NCBI GenBank assembly: GCA_017481885.1
Contig: JAFUOM010000084.1
Coordinates: forward strand, 7,959-71,958
Source of the DNA: Ruminococcus sp.
GTDB taxonomy: Bacteria > Bacillota > Clostridia > Oscillospirales > Acutalibacteraceae
Direction of reading: 5' to 3'
DNA length: 64,000 bases
Within the stretch, counting starts at the first letter, position 1, and each line of letters begins with the position of its first letter. A model generated the notes under the pieces. The model was not told the origin of the DNA, ran no database searches, and saw only the letters and a list, made by a program, of their open reading frames with translations. The position numbers were made by a program, and so were the translations under genes. Positions 60,082 through 64,000 of this stretch are shown one piece after another.

Positions 60082-60082
60082 T

Positions 60083-60724
60083 ATGCGAAATAGATTTGAT
60101 GAACAACTTGCACTTCTTAACAAAAAGATGATTGAAATGGGAGCTTTGTGCGAAAATATAATTGCCTTGTCAACAAAAGCGTTGCTTGATGGTGACGTTG
60201 AGGGTGCGAAAAGAGTAACCGCAATCGGCAGTGACATTGACCATATGGAAAGAGAAATCGAGTCTATTTGCCTTAAACTCCTTTTGCATCAACAGCCTGT
60301 GGCAAGAGATTTAAGGCAGATTTCAGCGGCTCTTAAAATGATTACCGATATGGAGAGAATAGGCGACCAAGCCGAGGATATTGCGGAGATTATCCCTTTT
60401 CTCTCAGGTAGAACTGGAGAAGAGTGTGCTGAAATCCGTGAGATGGCAGAGGTAACAATCAATATGGTAACTGATTGTGTAGATGCTTATGTAAAACAGG
60501 ATTTAAAACTTGCAAGGTCAGTTTATGACCATGATGATGTGGTTGATACTTGCTTTGACAAAGTAAAAAGTAAACTGATTTCTATGATTGCACAGAATAC
60601 CGACAATGGAGAGTATGCTATAGACTTACTGATGATAGCAAAGTATTTTGAGCGTATTGGTGACCACGCAGTCAACATCGCCGAGTGGGTAGAGTTTTCT
60701 GTTACAGGTGAGCATAAGGAATAA
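60083..60724 (+). CDS. phoU: Phosphate signalling protein PhoU
   Basis: QQPVARDLR, DMERIGDQA, ERIGDHAVNIAE; start moved to MRNRFD. Confidence 0.95.
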   Translation: MRNRFDEQLALLNKKMIEMGALCENIIALSTKALLDGDVEGAKRVTAIGSDIDHMEREIESICLKLLLHQQPVARDLRQISAALKMITDMERIGDQAEDIAEIIPFLSGRTGEECAEIREMAEVTINMVTDCVDAYVKQDLKLARSVYDHDDVVDTCFDKVKSKLISMIAQNTDNGEYAIDLLMIAKYFERIGDHAVNIAEWVEFSVTGEHKE

Positions 60725-60746
60725 ATGTGATTTTGGAGGTGTTGTT

Positions 60747-61424
60747 ATGATCTATTGTGTAGATGACGACAATACAATAAGAGAAATAGAGGTGTATACG
60801 CTTACACAAACAGGTTTTGAAGCAAAAGGTTTTTCGGGTGGAGAGGAGTTGTTTGAAGCACTGAAAACTGAGACACCTGACCTTATCGTACTTGATATTA
60901 TGCTTCCGGGCAAAGATGGAATGGAGATACTCTCAGAGCTAAGAGCAAACTCCGACACAAAAGATATACCGGTGATTATGGCAACTGCTAAAGGTACTGA
61001 AATTGACAAGATTAGAGGACTTGATAAGGGTGCTGACGATTATCTTGTGAAGCCTTTTGGAGCTATGGAGATGGTGGCAAGAATCAAGGCGGTTCTCAGA
61101 CGATGTAAACGAGAAGAACCTTTAGCAGATACTCTTGTATCAGGTGAGATTGTATTTAAAGATAAGGAGCACAGGGTTACTGTCAACGGTGAACGTGTGA
61201 ATCTCACTTTCAAGGAATACGAACTATTAAAAACTTTTATGCTCAATCCTGATATTGTTTTTACAAGAGATAAATTGCTGTCTTCTGTTTGGGGACTTGA
61301 CCATATTGGCGAGTCAAGAACAGTTGATATGCATATAAAAACTCTCCGTAAAAAGCTCGGTACAGCAGGCTCACAAATAGAAACTGTGATTGGTGTAGGT
61401 TACAGAATGGAGAAAAAGGTATGA
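60747..61424 (+). CDS. phoP: OmpR/PhoB family response regulator
   Basis: DDD, LDIMLP, GADDY..KPF, RTVDMHI; GGAGG RBS; sits within the pho operon. Confidence 0.88.
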   Translation: MIYCVDDDNTIREIEVYTLTQTGFEAKGFSGGEELFEALKTETPDLIVLDIMLPGKDGMEILSELRANSDTKDIPVIMATAKGTEIDKIRGLDKGADDYLVKPFGAMEMVARIKAVLRRCKREEPLADTLVSGEIVFKDKEHRVTVNGERVNLTFKEYELLKTFMLNPDIVFTRDKLLSSVWGLDHIGESRTVDMHIKTLRKKLGTAGSQIETVIGVGYRMEKKV

Positions 61425-63067
61425 CCAAAAAAATATTTAGAAGTATAGTGCTTGCAGTAGCAGTAGTTCTTGTTATTAGCTTTTCTGTTGTAACTCTGGT
61501 GCTTTATAACAACTTTTCTCAGGTAAGCTCTGACAAACTGGCAGAGCAACTTAATATTGTATCAACAAGTGTGGAGCTTATGGGAGATGATTACCTTTCA
61601 GCTTTTCAAAGTGAGAATTACCGAGTAACGTGGATTGACACAGATGGTACTGTGCTTTTTGATACTGAAGCTGACAGCGACTCTATGGATAATCATAGTA
61701 ATCGTGAGGAAATCGAGGAAGCGTTTAAAGTGGGTGTAGGTGAAAGTGAGCGTTATTCTGATACACTGATGCTAAAAATGATATATCGTGCAGAAAAGCT
61801 TTCTGACGGCACTGTGCTCAGAATATCTTCAACTCAGGATACAGTTGTGGCACTGGTACTTGATGTGCTTGTGCCTGTAATAGTGATATTGGTTTTATCA
61901 ATACTGTTGTCAGCTTTTTTGGCAAGATGGCTTTCGAAGAGCATTGTTAAACCTCTTAATACGCTTAATCTTGATAATCCGACTGATAATGATGTATATG
62001 ATGAATTAACTCCTATGCTGACAAAAATTAACAAACAGCACAAACAGATTTCAAAGCAAATGCGAGAACTCAAAAAGCGTGCTGATGAGTTTGAGCAGAT
62101 TATGGCATCTATGAATGAGGGTTTGGTGGTTCTTGATAAAACAGGTTCAGTTATAAATATGAACTCAGCGGCAAAAAATGTTTTTGGTGTGAAAGACGAA
62201 GTTCAGGGAGAAAGCTTTCTTGTTGTTGACAGAAGCATTAAGATGAGCAAATGTGTAAACGATGCTTTGAGAGGTTCGCACAGCGAATTCAGAGAACAGA
62301 GAAACGGCAATGAGTATCAGTTTGGAGTGAATGCCATTGAGTCAGGTGGCAAAGTTATTGGTGTGGTAATAATTTCCTTTGACATAACTGAAACAGCATT
62401 TGCAGAGCGTAATCGTCAGGAATTTACTGCTAATGTTTCCCATGAGCTTAAAACTCCATTGCAATCCATTATCGGCAGTGCAGAGCTTTTGGAAAACGGA
62501 CTTGTAAAACCTGAGGATGCAAACCATTTTGTGGGAAATATCCGCAAAGAAGCATCTCGACTTGTTACTCTTATCAATGACATAATCCGTCTTTCTGAGC
62601 TTGATGAGAATCTTGAGATAATTACCGAGGAAACTGACTTGCTTTCATTGGCTTTGGAAGTGAGGGCAGTTCTTGAGTCTTTTGCAAAAAGTAAGCAGAT
62701 TGATATTATAGTCACAGGAGAAAGCCGAGTGCTTAAAGGCGTACGCAGATATCTCTATGAGATTATTTATAATCTTTGCGACAATGCAATCAGATACACC
62801 GGAAATGGCGGTAAAGTTGAAATTGATATAGGTTCCGAGAATGAAAAAACTGTGCTGACAGTTACAGATAACGGAATAGGAATCCCCTTTGAACATCAGT
62901 CAAGAATTTTTGAGCGTTTCTACAGAGTTGATAAAAGCCACTCCAAAGAAACAGGCGGTACAGGTTTAGGACTTTCTATTGTAAAACACGCTGTAGCGTG
63001 TCACGGTGGTATCATAAAACTCGATAGTACCGTTGGTAAAGGCACAACTATAAAAATTATATTTTAA
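61421..63067 (+). CDS. phoR: PAS-domain sensor histidine kinase
   Basis: 2 TM helices, PAS, ANVSHELKTP, NL.DNA, DNGIG, FERFYRVDK, GTGLGL. Confidence 0.9.
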   Translation: MTKKIFRSIVLAVAVVLVISFSVVTLVLYNNFSQVSSDKLAEQLNIVSTSVELMGDDYLSAFQSENYRVTWIDTDGTVLFDTEADSDSMDNHSNREEIEEAFKVGVGESERYSDTLMLKMIYRAEKLSDGTVLRISSTQDTVVALVLDVLVPVIVILVLSILLSAFLARWLSKSIVKPLNTLNLDNPTDNDVYDELTPMLTKINKQHKQISKQMRELKKRADEFEQIMASMNEGLVVLDKTGSVINMNSAAKNVFGVKDEVQGESFLVVDRSIKMSKCVNDALRGSHSEFREQRNGNEYQFGVNAIESGGKVIGVVIISFDITETAFAERNRQEFTANVSHELKTPLQSIIGSAELLENGLVKPEDANHFVGNIRKEASRLVTLINDIIRLSELDENLEIITEETDLLSLALEVRAVLESFAKSKQIDIIVTGESRVLKGVRRYLYEIIYNLCDNAIRYTGNGGKVEIDIGSENEKTVLTVTDNGIGIPFEHQSRIFERFYRVDKSHSKETGGTGLGLSIVKHAVACHGGIIKLDSTVGKGTTIKIIF

Positions 63068-63075
63068 AATCAGTG

Positions 63076-63104
63076 AGGACATCGCAAATTTGCGGTGTCC
63101 TTTT
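63076..63104 (+). terminator. Intrinsic terminator after phoR
   Basis: aggacatcgcaaatttgcggtgtcctttt. Confidence 0.7.
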
Positions 63105-63125
63105 CTCGTTAGATATCACATAAAA

Positions 63126-63169
63126 TTTACATCCCTATGGTATTGGATTTTACTTAGCCTTGTTATAAT
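63126..63169 (+). promoter_or_regulatory. Second putative Pho-box promoter
   Basis: tttacatc...ggattttac..agcct resembles the pstS promoter; extended -10 TGTTATAAT. Confidence 0.55.
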
Positions 63170-63195
63170 AAGCACAACATAGAAAAGGACAGGAG

Positions 63196-63825
63196 ATGCT
63201 AATGAAGAAGTTATGTGTGATAATGACAGTTGTTATGTTGTTATTGTTTGTCAGTATGCCTATTTCCGTTTGTGCTGAAGAAAATGAAAACAAAACAATA
63301 GTTACAATTGATGAGCTTACGGTTGATGAAACAAATGCGAGTTTTAGTTTTATAGTAAACATAGAAACGGACGAAGCGTATGCGGGAGCAGAGTTTGGAG
63401 CTTTTTGTAGTCAAGGAGTAGAAATAACTTCGGTTGAAAGCTCGTGTGATTCACTTGCAGGTCCAACTCAGGCTAATGGTCTTGTGTGGTTTAGCTTTTT
63501 TGATGGAGAAAATAGTTTCAACGGAAAGCAAAGCGTTACTGTTTATGGTAGCTATGAGATTGGACAGGAATCTGCGGTCAAGTTTTCAGATATAAAAATC
63601 TACAGTATAAACGCTAATGAATATATTACAACCTCTGTAGAAGATGATGTTGATGTGCAGATTAGCAAAGGTGTTCAGAAAACAACAGAAGTTGACAAAG
63701 AAAATGATATGAATATATTACTGTTGCTTGCTTTAGTATTGGTGGTTGTGGTAACAATGGTAGTTATGTTTATATATATTAAGAAAAACAAAGTTAAAAA
63801 AGGAGAAACAGATAAGAATGTTTAA
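63196..63825 (+). CDS. Membrane-anchored secreted beta-sandwich (cohesin-like) protein
   Basis: Signal peptide, about 130-aa alternating beta-strand domain, C-terminal TM helix and Lys-rich tail. Confidence 0.6.
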   Translation: MLMKKLCVIMTVVMLLLFVSMPISVCAEENENKTIVTIDELTVDETNASFSFIVNIETDEAYAGAEFGAFCSQGVEITSVESSCDSLAGPTQANGLVWFSFFDGENSFNGKQSVTVYGSYEIGQESAVKFSDIKIYSINANEYITTSVEDDVDVQISKGVQKTTEVDKENDMNILLLLALVLVVVVTMVVMFIYIKKNKVKKGETDKNV

Positions 63826-64000
63826 AAAAGTATTTAAGAAAACAGGAGCGGTATTGGTAATGTGCTCATTGCTGGTTACATGTATACCTGTAACAGCAGT
63901 ACAGGCTACATCAACTAATGACACAACAAACGAAGTAGTACAGTATTCAGTAATTGATGAGAACAAAGCTCCTGAGCAGCTTAATGTTCATGTTGGAGAT
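63818..64000 (+). CDS. Secreted protein, N-terminus only; possible purple acid phosphatase-type N-domain
   Basis: Not in ORF track; AGGAG RBS, MFKKVFKKTGAVLVMCSLL... signal peptide, then APEQLNVHVGD; truncated by window. Confidence 0.5.
   Translation, partial: MFKKVFKKTGAVLVMCSLLVTCIPVTAVQATSTNDTTNEVVQYSVIDENKAPEQLNVHVGD

Noticed and set aside
900-63966. Numerous short antisense or out-of-frame ORFs (e.g. 14241-14801, 30767-31375, 44115-44654, 54591-55247)
   Set aside because: Shadows of well-supported genes, with no RBS or motifs

Overview
Chromosomal window from a low-GC anaerobic Firmicute, most likely Ruminococcus bromii-like, judging by the dockerin-bearing glycoside hydrolase, the SCIFF/ranthipeptide locus and the codon style. 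About 1-50 kb is mostly housekeeping and accessory genes: an Fe-ADH, MarR plus a heterodimeric ABC exporter, hppA, a modular dockerin glycoside hydrolase, a lysine riboswitch with an NhaC/LysW transporter, a beta-CASP nuclease, scfAB, BlaI/BlaR1, a BspA-LRR surface protein, a GT8-GT8-acyltransferase-acyltransferase operon (first GT8 has an internal TAG), an aerolysin-like secreted protein, pckA, and GtrA with a flavoprotein. Intergenic spaces hold many REP/REPIN-like palindromes and a TA-flanked MITE. A preQ1-I riboswitch controls a VUT/YhhQ transporter coupled to an uncharacterised SDR, the best candidate here for an undescribed system (a possible new queuosine-salvage enzyme). About 46-56.5 kb is a scarred hotspot: co-oriented hairpin repeats each follow one cargo gene, alongside serine-recombinase remnants and a TnpV module. 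A pstSCAB-phoU-phoPR operon follows, then a Pho-box-linked cohesin-like/phosphatase-like operon that runs off the window. No rRNA, complete tRNA or CRISPR array was seen. All family calls come from motif recognition by eye; no database searches were run.
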